Origin: an uncultured Myxococcales bacterium
GTDB taxonomy: Bacteria > Myxococcota_A > UBA9042 > DTJE01
Reading direction: 5' to 3'
Length of the DNA: 64,000 nt
Assembly (NCBI GenBank): GCA_903936705.1
Contig: CAIZWN010000005.1
Coordinates: forward strand, 123,883-187,882
Part shown: positions 10,529 to 20,228 of the stretch, in pieces
Layout of the letters: the number at the start of each line of letters is the position of its first letter
How positions within the stretch are numbered: position 1 is the stretch's first letter
The notes under the pieces: model-generated
What the model was told of the DNA's origin: nothing
Seen by the model: the letters and a program-made list of their open reading frames with translations, nothing else
The model's database searches: none
Translations under genes and position numbers: made by a program

Positions 10529-11707
10529 ATGTGCAGGTCGTCCATCAGGTTCGTGCTGTCATTGCTGGCTGTGGCTGCGGTGTCCGCGTCGGCAAGGGCC
10601 GAGGACGTCCTGAAGCCCGCTGCGGCGCCCATGGCCGAACCGGCCGTTGATTTTGCCCCGACTGCCCTGCCGCCCGCGACGATCCCTGCCGCCTCCGAGG
10701 CAGCGGCGACATCAACGCAGCCTGCCGTGGCGGAACCATCGCCGTCGCCTCAATCCCAGTCTCAAGCTGCGGCCCAGCCTTCGCCAATTCAACCGGCCGT
10801 AGCCGATACCGCGCAACCAACAACTGTGGATGCCGCGCAGCCGGCAGCCTTCGTGCCGGCCATGGACCCACCGGCCGCAGGTGCGGCACCCGTTCCCGCT
10901 GCCGATGCAGTGGAACAGATCGAGACCGTCCTGGAAGTGCAACCATCGGACATGGCGTGGAGCCTGGATTCAATCCCTCAGGCCGAGCGCGCAATAAACA
11001 TTCCCTTTGCCCAGACGACACGCAAGCACGCACTGCTGTTGATCGTTGATCACCGGGCTTTTCAGGCGGCCTTCAACAAGAACACGTGGCACGACTTCTT
11101 CGGCCTCGACTCGGGCGGGGTGCGCGTCGGCCTTGGTTTGCGGTTCGGCATCCTGGACGGGCTGGACGTTGGCATCTATCGCCTCAGCAATGCCTCCGAC
11201 GCCTTCGACACCTACGAAATCGACATGAAGTGGCGATTCCTGCGCGCCGACCGCCATTATCTTGACGTTGCGATTCGCGCCGGCCTGACCTGGTTTTCCC
11301 AGCGCAACGCCGATGACGCGGTGGGCGGCTTCGGCCAGCTGCTGATCAGCCGCATGTTGTTCAAGCGCCTGACCCTGGGCACCGGAGTCTTGTTTCACAG
11401 CGATTCGTCAGGCGAGATGAAGTCGCAACGCGATACGCAGTGGTCGCTGGCTATTCCGGGCGCCGTCGAGATTCGCATTCTGCCGTGGCTTGCCTGGAAC
11501 GTCGAGGCGTCCGTCAAGGTGGCCGGCTATGGAGCCAAGTGGCCGTCGTTCTCGACCGCCGTGAAGTTCCTGACGCCACGTCATGCCTTCTCGCTGATCC
11601 TGACAAACACACAACACGTTGCCGCGGACGGTCTTGTCGCCAACAGCAACCGGGATTACAAAAACCTTATCATCGGGTTCCAGATTCAGCGCGAGTTCCC
11701 GCTGTAA
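10529..11707 (+). CDS. Hypothetical secreted/outer-membrane protein (Ala/Pro-rich linker + beta-rich C-terminal domain)
   Basis: Signal peptide MCRSSIRFVLSLLAVAAVSASA; about 130 aa low-complexity Ala/Pro region; C-terminal 250 aa with alternating hydrophobic pattern. Confidence 0.45.
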   Translation: MCRSSIRFVLSLLAVAAVSASARAEDVLKPAAAPMAEPAVDFAPTALPPATIPAASEAAATSTQPAVAEPSPSPQSQSQAAAQPSPIQPAVADTAQPTTVDAAQPAAFVPAMDPPAAGAAPVPAADAVEQIETVLEVQPSDMAWSLDSIPQAERAINIPFAQTTRKHALLLIVDHRAFQAAFNKNTWHDFFGLDSGGVRVGLGLRFGILDGLDVGIYRLSNASDAFDTYEIDMKWRFLRADRHYLDVAIRAGLTWFSQRNADDAVGGFGQLLISRMLFKRLTLGTGVLFHSDSSGEMKSQRDTQWSLAIPGAVEIRILPWLAWNVEASVKVAGYGAKWPSFSTAVKFLTPRHAFSLILTNTQHVAADGLVANSNRDYKNLIIGFQIQREFPL

Positions 11708-11724
11708 CCGTGGGGGGTATTCGA

Positions 11725-12123
11725 ATGTTCAATCGACGCGGTTTCCTGAAGGCGACAATCGGCTTTGTGGCAGCGCTGGTATTGCTGCCGGTCCGAAAGG
11801 CATTCGCGAAGAAACTGGGCATCGGACTGGACAAGGCCGAGGCCCTGCGCACCGTGGGCGGTTCTGTTGTGCTGAAGATCAAGGACAGGCAGATCCTGTT
11901 CGTACGTGACACCGCGACTACCGTGAAGGGCTTTGATCCTGTATGCCCTCACCAGAACTGCATCATCGCGTGGGATACCGTTTCAAGCAGCCTGAAGTGC
12001 CCGTGCCACGCCTCCAACTTTGCGCCTGACGGACGCGTACTTTCGGGCCCCTCCCCGAAACCAGTGAAGACATACGACTGCGTCCTGGACGGCGAACGAA
12101 TCATTCTTAGCATCGACGACTGA
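11725..12123 (+). CDS. Tat-exported Rieske [2Fe-2S] domain protein
   Basis: Twin-arginine motif NRRGFLKA; Rieske boxes CPHQNC ... CPCHAS. Confidence 0.8.
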   Translation: MFNRRGFLKATIGFVAALVLLPVRKAFAKKLGIGLDKAEALRTVGGSVVLKIKDRQILFVRDTATTVKGFDPVCPHQNCIIAWDTVSSSLKCPCHASNFAPDGRVLSGPSPKPVKTYDCVLDGERIILSIDD

Positions 12124-12162
12124 ACGGCCCTTGAACAGTCTTCCCGTGGATAGATTCGCCGG

Positions 12163-12708
12163 CTATGCGGCTGGGTATCCGTAGAAAGCGGCCACCAGCG
12201 GCGCCAGATGGCACATCAGCCCGCAGTACCGTTCAAGAACCATCCCTATCAGCCCCCACATCGGGACCAGCGTCCACAACGAATAGCCGCGCGCACAAAT
12301 CTTCCACCTGGACAGCTCGTAGTAGTCCCACGGATAAAAACCGAGGGTCTTGTCCAGAATCCACCCCCACGCGATCTCGCAAAAGGTGAAGCCCACGGCA
12401 TACGCGCAATAGCGGATTGGCCATGCAAACGGCGCCATCAGGCCTTGGACAGGTTCCAGCAGGAACAGGACACCAAGTCCATGCAACGGGATCATGTAGG
12501 CGCTTACAAAACCTTCCAGGTACTTCTTTGGGACACGGCGCGGGATCTTGCTGCCCACCAAACGCTCGATGCCGTCGATCGCGAAGATGGTCTCCATCAC
12601 CAGGCCAAAACATGTGTAGGCAAAAAACCTGAACAGCAAGGGAACTGCAGTGTCCACGGCTGGTTCTCCTTCGACGGGACGGCGCTGGGCACGTGGCGCC
12701 TGGCCCAA
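12163..12708 (-). CDS. Hypothetical integral membrane protein
   Basis: Several predicted TM helices, Trp/Tyr rich; no known motif recognised. Confidence 0.4.
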   Translation of the reverse strand: MGQAPRAQRRPVEGEPAVDTAVPLLFRFFAYTCFGLVMETIFAIDGIERLVGSKIPRRVPKKYLEGFVSAYMIPLHGLGVLFLLEPVQGLMAPFAWPIRYCAYAVGFTFCEIAWGWILDKTLGFYPWDYYELSRWKICARGYSLWTLVPMWGLIGMVLERYCGLMCHLAPLVAAFYGYPAA

Positions 12709-12712
12709 AACG

Positions 12713-13522
12713 CTAGAGCGTTCGCGCCTGGATGTCGTCCTTCTGGCCCGACACGCGTGGCAGCAGCCAGTCGTAGGCCGCGCAAGGCAGCAAGCCCTCG
12801 AAACGCACCAGCCATTTCATCTGCCACGGGTAAAGGAAGCGCGGTTTCTGCGCCTTCAAGGCGTTCGCGATCAACATCGACGATTCGCGAACACCGATCT
12901 TGAACGGCATGTTGAACTCGTCGTGGTCGGTCATCGGGGTCGCAACAAAGCCCGGATGAACCGCGGTCACCTTGATGCCGTACTTCCGCAAGTCCATTCG
13001 CACGGCCTCCAGGAACACCCCCTGTGCCGACTTGGCAGACGAATAGGACGCGGCATTCGGACGCCCGCGAAAGGCGGCCAAACTGGACACGCCAACCAAA
13101 TGACCCGACCTGCGAGCGATCATCGACGGAATGTAGGGCATCAACGTGTATGCCAGGCCCATGCAATTGATCTCGTAAGTGCGGCGATGGATGTCGAGAT
13201 CAAACTTGTCCGACGGGTTCAAACCGCCCACGCCGGCATTGCCAATGACGATATCGACATGGCCCCACTTTGCCAACACGTCTTCGGCCATGGCCTGCAT
13301 CGCGGCCCGGTCGGTCACATCCACCGGATACACCAGCGCCTCGGTCCCGGCCTGCTGGGCCGCCACCTTGACCTCGTCCAGCAATTCCTTTCGCCTGGCA
13401 GACAGCGCCAGCCTGGCGCCGAAACCGGCGAACACCAGCGCGAGGTCCTTCCCGATGCCCGACGAAGCTCCCGTGATCACGATGTTCTTGCCGCTAAAAA
13501 AGCTTCCAAGCGTTCCCATCAC
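12713..13522 (-). CDS. Short-chain dehydrogenase/reductase (SDR) family oxidoreductase
   Basis: TGASSGIGK Rossmann motif, NAG, catalytic YSSAK. Confidence 0.85.
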   Translation of the reverse strand: MMGTLGSFFSGKNIVITGASSGIGKDLALVFAGFGARLALSARRKELLDEVKVAAQQAGTEALVYPVDVTDRAAMQAMAEDVLAKWGHVDIVIGNAGVGGLNPSDKFDLDIHRRTYEINCMGLAYTLMPYIPSMIARRSGHLVGVSSLAAFRGRPNAASYSSAKSAQGVFLEAVRMDLRKYGIKVTAVHPGFVATPMTDHDEFNMPFKIGVRESSMLIANALKAQKPRFLYPWQMKWLVRFEGLLPCAAYDWLLPRVSGQKDDIQARTL

Positions 13523-13662
13523 TTCCCCCTCGATGCGGACGGGCCGGTCCGTCCCGATGTTGATGCTGGAGGATAGGCCAAGCGCCAGTCTGCGCGCAAG
13601 ATGCCGCGGCGCGTCATCTGCCCTCGATTGATCTGTTCGGCACCTGGGCTACACTTGCGGCG

Positions 13663-14646
13663 ATGAAGCTGCTGCACCTAGCATTTTTTGTTGTCGGGCT
13701 GGCCTTTCTGTTCCTGACCATCGCGAATGTCGGCTGCAACACGATCATCGACGGCGCACTTCAGCTTGGCTTGTGGTTCTGGCCAATGGCCGCCATGAAC
13801 ATTTTGTGGTACGCCGCCGACGCACTGGGCTGGGCCGGCGTGCTGGGACGAGACAATCGCTTTGCAGGTCGCACGCTGCGGCTGGTCCAGGCACAGGTCG
13901 CTGGCGAGGCGATAAACAACGCGACACCACTGTTGAACCTGGGCGGCGAGCCGGTCAAGGGCCTGCTGCTGAAGGGTCTGTTGGACCGCAAGACCATCGT
14001 GTCGTCGCTGGTCGTCGACAACACCATCAGGTACATCGCCACGATACTGTTCATCGCGTTCGGGCTGGCCTTGTCGCTGGCGACGCTGGATCTGACATGG
14101 CATGTGCAACTGGCGCTCGTGTGCTTGGTCGTCGCACTGGCAGCACTGATCGGGCTGGCTGTGGTCGCGCAAAAAGGCGGGATTTTCGGTACCGCACTGG
14201 CGATTTGCGGACGCCTGGGCGTTTTCCCGAAGGCGATAGACCGCCATCTTCCTGCCGCACAAGGCATCGACGACGAAATCGCCATTTTCTATAATTCCAG
14301 GCGCCGCGATTTTGCCATTTCCCTGGCCTGGCACCTGGCATCGCGCCTGATCGCGACCGTCGATGCCGCACTGCTGCTGTACCTGCTTGGCTACCCCGTG
14401 GGTGCGTTGCACGCGCTGTTCATACAGACGGTCAGCGTACTGCTGAACCTGGTCTTCAGCTTCATCCCGCTGCAGGTTGGCGCAGCGGAAGGAGGCCACT
14501 ACATCCTGTTCCAGATGCTGGGAATGGATCCTGCGGTGGGCGTTGTGTTCAGCCTTGTTCGGCGCGTGCGGGGGCTGTTGTGGATCGCGGGCGGTCTTCT
14601 GATCGTGCTGATCATGTCCCGACGGAGGCTTGCCGATGCCGCATGA
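13663..14646 (+). CDS. Flippase-like (UPF0104 / lysyl-PG-synthase TM-domain-like) membrane protein
   Basis: About 8 TM helices with a central GE..NN.TPL..GGEP.K loop motif characteristic of TIGR00374-type proteins. Confidence 0.6.
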   Translation: MKLLHLAFFVVGLAFLFLTIANVGCNTIIDGALQLGLWFWPMAAMNILWYAADALGWAGVLGRDNRFAGRTLRLVQAQVAGEAINNATPLLNLGGEPVKGLLLKGLLDRKTIVSSLVVDNTIRYIATILFIAFGLALSLATLDLTWHVQLALVCLVVALAALIGLAVVAQKGGIFGTALAICGRLGVFPKAIDRHLPAAQGIDDEIAIFYNSRRRDFAISLAWHLASRLIATVDAALLLYLLGYPVGALHALFIQTVSVLLNLVFSFIPLQVGAAEGGHYILFQMLGMDPAVGVVFSLVRRVRGLLWIAGGLLIVLIMSRRRLADAA

Positions 14647-16519
14647 CGCGTCGAGAACTGAAGGGGTACGCCGGACCAAGGCCTCCTGGTGGCTGTGGCT
14701 GGCCGCGATCGTCACTTTGGCGGGCGCTGCACAATGGTGGACGCAGTCGCAACTGGGTCCGGTCAACGACGAACTGGCGAACTTTCCGTCAGGAGTCGCG
14801 CTGGTGCACACCGGCCTGCAGGCAGACCCGACCCACCCTCCCCTGGCCCGCTACCTGATGGCCATGCCGCTGCTGGTGGCCGGCGTGGATCCTCGCGCAG
14901 ACCACCCGTCGTTGGGGACCGACTGGCATCCGTACGGGCGCGATTTTCTGTTTCGCAACAACCTGCCATGGAGGACGATCCTCGACCTGGCCCGGTTCCC
15001 GATTCTGCTGCTGTGCATGGGACTGGTCGTCGTCGTGGCCTGGGAAGCGAAAAGGCGCTGGGGTGCTGCGGCCGGACTTGCCGCCGCGGCGACCTTGGCA
15101 TTCGAGCCATCGATCCTAGGACACGGGACGCTGGCCACGACAGACCTGGCTCTGACCTTCGTTGTGTTCCTTTCGGTCTTGGCATTCGACCGGTTCCTGA
15201 GGGCACCATCCGGACCGCGGCTGATGATCGTGGCCGTCACGGTGACGGCAGCCATTTTGACCAAGTTCGCGGGAATTCTGCTGGTGCCGATCCTCGGGGT
15301 TACCGCCATCGCACACCGGCTGACTTCCGAAGGCCGCTTTTGCAGGTCACTGGCAAGCAGCAATCAATCCCAGGTTGGCCAGGTCACAGAGGTCCCGACT
15401 GCCGTTTCATGGCCGCGATGCCGCTGGTGGGCCTTGGCGTTGGCGCTGTCGGCGCTGCTGGCCTGGGCTGCCTATGGATTCGAGGTACGATCCATGTCGC
15501 AGGACCGTCAACTGACGGCCACCCGTGAAGCCGCCGCAATCCGCGACAGCATTGCTCAGATAGCGCCTTCTTTCGGCCTGACCACCGACCAGCTTATGGA
15601 TGTGCCTATCCCGGCATACTCGCTGCTGAAGGGATTTGGCGCCCAGATGTTCCACGCAGCCCGACAGGATGCCTGGGAGGACAGGGACTTCTACCAGTAC
15701 CTGGATGGCAACTACGACCGTAACGGCTTCGCGACCTACTACCTGCGCACGTTCCTGTACAAGTCCACGCTTCCTTCACTGGTCCTGTGGGCCGGGGCGG
15801 CACTGGCTGGTATCTGGTTGATCCTGCGGCGCAAAAAGCCTGGTAACGATGTTCCCGGCTGGCCTGCGCTGGCAATCCCGCCGGTGCTGTGGGTCGCCGC
15901 GTGCTCGATCCAGACGATCAACATAGGACACCGGTACGTGCTGCCGGCAATCCCGTTTCTGTCGCTGGGCGCCGGCTGGCTGGTGGCAAGACTGTGGGAT
16001 GACGCGGCGGCGATGACCAGATCCCCAGGCATTTCGGGCGGCAAGCGTGCACGCATCGCGGCCTCGGCTTCGGCGGCAGTCGCCCTTCTTGCGGCCCACG
16101 CCGGCATCGCCATATCAACAGCGCCGCACCACATCGCGTACTTCAACACGATTGCCGGGGGGATCCAGGAAGGCGGGCTGCACCTTGCAGATTCGAACCT
16201 CGACTGGGGACAGGATCTTCCGGCGCTGGACGCTGATGCCCGACGGCATTGCGCCTCTGGCCGCACCTGCATCGCGGCAGTCTTCGGCACCGCCCGTCCC
16301 GAAGACTATGAAACGCCGGTGACACCCTGGCTCGAACCCATGGACCCATCGACGCTTCAGGGCACATCGACGCTGCCGGGCAAATCGACCTTCTACGTCA
16401 GCGAAAACCGCTTTCTGTTGCGTTCGCTGGCACACCCGGACGGGCTGTTCCCGTTCTTGCGCAACCGCCAGCCGGTGCGTCGCGTCGGGGCATCGATCCG
16501 CGTATACGAGTTTCCGTAG
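14636..16519 (+). CDS. GT-C fold glycosyltransferase (GT39/GT83, ArnT/PMT-like)
   Basis: N-terminal loop DEL...HPPLARYL resembles the ArnT/PMT DE and KPPL.YW motifs; about 11 TM helices; GGAGG RBS before ATG 14636, 11-bp overlap with upstream gene. Confidence 0.65.
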   Translation: MPHDASRTEGVRRTKASWWLWLAAIVTLAGAAQWWTQSQLGPVNDELANFPSGVALVHTGLQADPTHPPLARYLMAMPLLVAGVDPRADHPSLGTDWHPYGRDFLFRNNLPWRTILDLARFPILLLCMGLVVVVAWEAKRRWGAAAGLAAAATLAFEPSILGHGTLATTDLALTFVVFLSVLAFDRFLRAPSGPRLMIVAVTVTAAILTKFAGILLVPILGVTAIAHRLTSEGRFCRSLASSNQSQVGQVTEVPTAVSWPRCRWWALALALSALLAWAAYGFEVRSMSQDRQLTATREAAAIRDSIAQIAPSFGLTTDQLMDVPIPAYSLLKGFGAQMFHAARQDAWEDRDFYQYLDGNYDRNGFATYYLRTFLYKSTLPSLVLWAGAALAGIWLILRRKKPGNDVPGWPALAIPPVLWVAACSIQTINIGHRYVLPAIPFLSLGAGWLVARLWDDAAAMTRSPGISGGKRARIAASASAAVALLAAHAGIAISTAPHHIAYFNTIAGGIQEGGLHLADSNLDWGQDLPALDADARRHCASGRTCIAAVFGTARPEDYETPVTPWLEPMDPSTLQGTSTLPGKSTFYVSENRFLLRSLAHPDGLFPFLRNRQPVRRVGASIRVYEFP

Positions 16520-16550
16520 CCGATTCGAGTACGATTGTGCCGGAGGTCCG

Positions 16551-17963
16551 ATGAGGAAGTTTTCGCGCGTGGTTTTCATGCTGTTCGACGGGGCGCGATG
16601 GGACGTGTTCCAGCGCCTGCTGGACGCAGGGGAACTGCCGCACGTACGCGCCAACCTGGTCCCCGACGGCCGCGTCAGGCGAGCCGTTACCGCGTTTCCC
16701 TCGGTGTCCGGGCCGGCCCACCTACCGTTCATGACGGGTTGCTTCCCCGGCACACTTGGCACCCCTGGCGTCTACTGGTTCGACCGTGGCGTCCAGGACA
16801 AGCACAGCACCGGCCTGGCGGCAACGAGGTCGTACCTGACCCTGTACAAGGTCTCGAACTTCGGTCGTGACGTCACGCCGAATACACCGACCCTGGCGGC
16901 GGCATGGCCCGACGCCCGCTATGTATTTGCCTGGTACACGCGCGGCAGCCCGGACAACGCGCTGCTGACACGCTGGACCAAGGTCACATCGTTCGTCCGC
17001 GGCCTGATGACAAGGGACTGGCTGCGGTGCGACGACGACGCCGAAGCCGCTCAGAATCGGGCAATCGACATGGGCGGATCCTTCGTGTTCAGCGTCTTCC
17101 CCTCACCCGACGAACTTGGCCATCGTTTCGGCCCCACGTCCGTCCAGGCCGAGGCTGCATACCGCAAAATGGACGGCACCATAGAACGTCTGTTCCAGCT
17201 GTTGCAGCAACGCGGCGAGGCTGAAGATACCCTGGTGATTCTGTCGTCCGATCACGGCCTCAGCACGACGAGTTCACATTTTCCGCTGGATCGCATGGTC
17301 GAATCAGCCTTCGGCACAACGCTGACATACAGGCGCTGGCCGAGCCCCCTGGGCGGCTTCCAGGCAGTCGTACTTCCCTCCGGTAACGGCATGGCAAACG
17401 TGTACTTCCGGGGCGACGGCTGGGACAAGGGGCGGCCGGATGCTGCTGGCTTTTCCGGGTTCGCGAGCGACCTGCTGGCAAACCCCGGCATCGACCACGT
17501 AGCCTGGCGCACGACCGACGGCTGGCTGCGCGTAACCGGCCAAGGCGGCGCTGCCCGTATGCGCGAGGTGAAAGGCGGCCTGATGTACATAGTCGAAGGC
17601 AAGGACCCATTCGGGTACAACCCGTTGCCCACGACGATGGACGCCGAAACCACGTTGCACCTGACCGCGAACACTCCCTATCCCGACGCCCCATTCGGGC
17701 TGCTGACTTGGGCACGCAGCCCGCGCTCCGGCGACCTGCTGGTGACGTCGCGCCTGGGCTACGACCTTCGCGACTGGTTCGAATACCAGGATCCCCGGGG
17801 CACGCACGGAGGCCTGCACGCCGAACACTCCCACGTGCCGGTACTGTGCAACGCACCGCTGCTGGAAGGTCCCATGCGCACGGTGGATCTGTACCCAACA
17901 ATGGTCGAACTGACAGGCCGCCTGCTGCCTGCCGGCGTCGAAGGGATCTCCCGGGCGGTTTAG
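16551..17963 (+). CDS. Alkaline-phosphatase superfamily enzyme (type I phosphodiesterase / nucleotide pyrophosphatase-like)
   Basis: Metal-site motifs LFDGARWD, SSDHG, HGGLH; GGAGG RBS. Confidence 0.65.
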   Translation: MRKFSRVVFMLFDGARWDVFQRLLDAGELPHVRANLVPDGRVRRAVTAFPSVSGPAHLPFMTGCFPGTLGTPGVYWFDRGVQDKHSTGLAATRSYLTLYKVSNFGRDVTPNTPTLAAAWPDARYVFAWYTRGSPDNALLTRWTKVTSFVRGLMTRDWLRCDDDAEAAQNRAIDMGGSFVFSVFPSPDELGHRFGPTSVQAEAAYRKMDGTIERLFQLLQQRGEAEDTLVILSSDHGLSTTSSHFPLDRMVESAFGTTLTYRRWPSPLGGFQAVVLPSGNGMANVYFRGDGWDKGRPDAAGFSGFASDLLANPGIDHVAWRTTDGWLRVTGQGGAARMREVKGGLMYIVEGKDPFGYNPLPTTMDAETTLHLTANTPYPDAPFGLLTWARSPRSGDLLVTSRLGYDLRDWFEYQDPRGTHGGLHAEHSHVPVLCNAPLLEGPMRTVDLYPTMVELTGRLLPAGVEGISRAV

Positions 17964-18115
17964 CCGCGAACCCGCAGCGAAGGACGAGTCGCTTAACATG
18001 GTCACCTCCCGGAACGGCTGGCGCGAAGCGGGCGGGTAGTTTTAACGCGCTGGTTGTACTGCCCTAACTTTCATCATGGTATCCAGCGGTTCGAAATTAT
18101 CCATCACCCCGAAGA

Positions 18116-18309
18116 TCAACTTGGCAGAAGGCGTTTCAACTCGGCCACGGTGCGTTCGGCAGTGGCCAGGATCGCAAGAACCTCCTCGCCTGCTGGCAAT
18201 GGAAAAGGGTCACGTCCGGATAACCGTCGAGCAGCATTCGTGCGGCTCCAAGGTCCTGGTCGGCCTTCGCCAGCCAAGCAAGGGCTTCAGAGGTGCGAGC
18301 ATCAAGCGG
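18116..18309 (-). pseudogene. HEPN-domain toxin-like gene partnered with the MNT below; apparently frameshifted or truncated
   Basis: MPLDARTSEALAWLAKADQDLGAARMLLDGYPDVTLFHCQQA matches HEPN helices 1-2; a +1-frame continuation GEEVLAILATAERTVAELKRLL follows a frame break near 18181-18195. Confidence 0.45.
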
Positions 18310-18613
18310 CATGCAGTAGCACCCCCTCGCGAACAACGGTCGCGGGTAGCGACGCCCTTGCACCCAGGCGCTTCTGGAATTCCGACTCAGACCATACCAA
18401 GACGTCAACCGCTGCTGGAACGCCCCACAGCGCGTCGCACGCATCCATCTCCCGTCGGTGGGCCGGCGTGGCAGAGTCGGCGACGACCATGAGGACATCG
18501 TAATCCGAGTCCAACGTCGCTTCGCCTCTTGCTCTGGAGCCAAACAGGTAGACCCGTGAAGGGCGGAACCGTGCCACCAGCCTTTCGACGATCTCCTGGA
18601 GAATCGGGTCCAT
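18302..18613 (-). CDS. Minimal nucleotidyltransferase (MNT) antitoxin-like protein
   Basis: GS..G......D.D NTase motif (LFGSRARGEATLDSDYDVLMV); 8-bp overlap with the downstream HEPN reading frame. Confidence 0.7.
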   Translation of the reverse strand: MDPILQEIVERLVARFRPSRVYLFGSRARGEATLDSDYDVLMVVADSATPAHRREMDACDALWGVPAAVDVLVWSESEFQKRLGARASLPATVVREGVLLHAA

Positions 18614-19039
18614 ACCCAAGCCCTCGAATCGGAACAGAATGGTAAGCCTTGCCTCAACTTCAGTCCAGTCGTCGTACGATTCGCGCCACTCGCGGCTGAT
18701 TCCCCAGCCGAGAGCTCCGCTGCGCAACTGGGAAAGACCGACTAATGGTCGCCAGGTCGTGCAGTACGACTTCACGGTGTACGAATTCACGGCATCCATT
18801 GGGCCTCGCTGACACCGTCCCACGCGATCGCTGTTCTTGTCTGTCCAACGGCGTTGCGCGTCAGCGGCAACCCCCGGTGCAGCCGCAGGCGGCATCCGGC
18901 GCGGTCCCTGCGGCCCCGCCCGAGGAAGCCATTCGAATCACCCCGGAGGTTGCGGCGGGGCCAAAGCAGGGACCGTGACGGAAGGGGTTTGTCCGTTGAA
19001 CGCGCTTGTTGTCCAGTCCGTCCGATACTGCGGTTCTTC

Positions 19040-19963
19040 CTAGTCGTAGCAGGGGATGGAGGCGGTACAGACCACGTCGCTCGCCTCCAAAGACACTACG
19101 CCCTCCCGGGTCACGCGGTACGTAACCTGGACCAGGGCCTCGGAGGTGCATCCATTCTCGTCGGGCACCTTGTAAGTACGAACGATGAAGTCCGGCCCCT
19201 CCGTTTCTGCCCAGGAACCCTCCAGGTTGTTGACCGAACATCGGGTCTCGTGACTGATCCCCGAGTTCTCGACCATGGTTCCGGCGATGAAGAAGTCCTG
19301 ACGCGAGTACAGATGCCGAACCGAGCGACCGACCAGTTCCACAAACGCCATTGCCTTCGCCGGCGTCGTCACCGGCGCAAACCGCTGCGCGAGTTCGGCG
19401 GGCGACTCGATGGACACGATGGTCCCATCCGCATCCTTCAGCAGGACGTAGTCGCACGAGACGCCGCTGAAGCCCCAGTAATGCTGGTCCAGACCACCCA
19501 CACACCCGCAGATGGAAGCGTTCTCCGGGTCTTGCGGGCAACTGATGCAATTCAGGGCATCCACCCGGCCGTCAAGCCAGCTGCCCAGCGGGCCGAGCGA
19601 CGACACCGACTTGCACAGATACCCGCTCTCCAGGTCAGGGCATTCAAGTTTAGCTGGCGGGAACGACGTCGCAGAATCGCACGTCCCATCCCACCAGGCA
19701 TCCAGGTCTGGCGCCTCGGAAGCGGGAACGGTGGACTCCAGAAACGACACGCAGGCAATGGGAATTGGAGTATCGGGCGTGGCCGCCACTTGGCAGGCGT
19801 CGAGTTCTTCCACGGCGTCACCGGCGTCGGCCGTATCGGCAGACCGGGAATCGACCGCATCGACGGCATCCGACGTCACGCAGCCCAAAGTGCCGGGCCC
19901 AAGGCCAAGCCAGGACACCGCGGCGAGGCTGGCCAGCACATATCTCACGATTGATCCCCCCAT
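19040..19963 (-). CDS. Hypothetical Cys-rich lipoprotein
   Basis: Lipobox LGPGTLGC after a hydrophobic signal; acidic linker; 16 Cys. Confidence 0.5.
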   Translation of the reverse strand: MGGSIVRYVLASLAAVSWLGLGPGTLGCVTSDAVDAVDSRSADTADAGDAVEELDACQVAATPDTPIPIACVSFLESTVPASEAPDLDAWWDGTCDSATSFPPAKLECPDLESGYLCKSVSSLGPLGSWLDGRVDALNCISCPQDPENASICGCVGGLDQHYWGFSGVSCDYVLLKDADGTIVSIESPAELAQRFAPVTTPAKAMAFVELVGRSVRHLYSRQDFFIAGTMVENSGISHETRCSVNNLEGSWAETEGPDFIVRTYKVPDENGCTSEALVQVTYRVTREGVVSLEASDVVCTASIPCYD

Positions 19964-20228
19964 GACACTTTCATCAGGCAGTCTGCGGAATCGGATGCCG
20001 CGTTGCAATACCAGACTCGGCAGGAAGTGGCGCCTTCCTTTTCATCACGGAGTACCGCCCTGCGGCAGCGCTGCCGGAACAAGCGCGTTTCCTCCTGTCT
20101 GGACAACCACCGTTTATACCGACAGCCCTCCCGACCGGCCATTGATCGTGGTGCTTCCCCTGCCCTGCCGCCTGTTCTATCCTTCGCAGCAAGTCCGCCC
20201 CATGACGGGGTGACGGGAGGAACCAACA

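Noticed and set aside
13678-14811. 377-aa minus-strand ORF
   Set aside because: Antisense to the flippase-like gene; low-complexity Gln/Arg-rich translation.
18854-19954. 366-aa plus-strand ORF
   Set aside because: Overlaps the minus-strand Cys-rich lipoprotein gene, which has a proper lipobox signal. The plus-strand translation is Arg/Gly-rich with no features.
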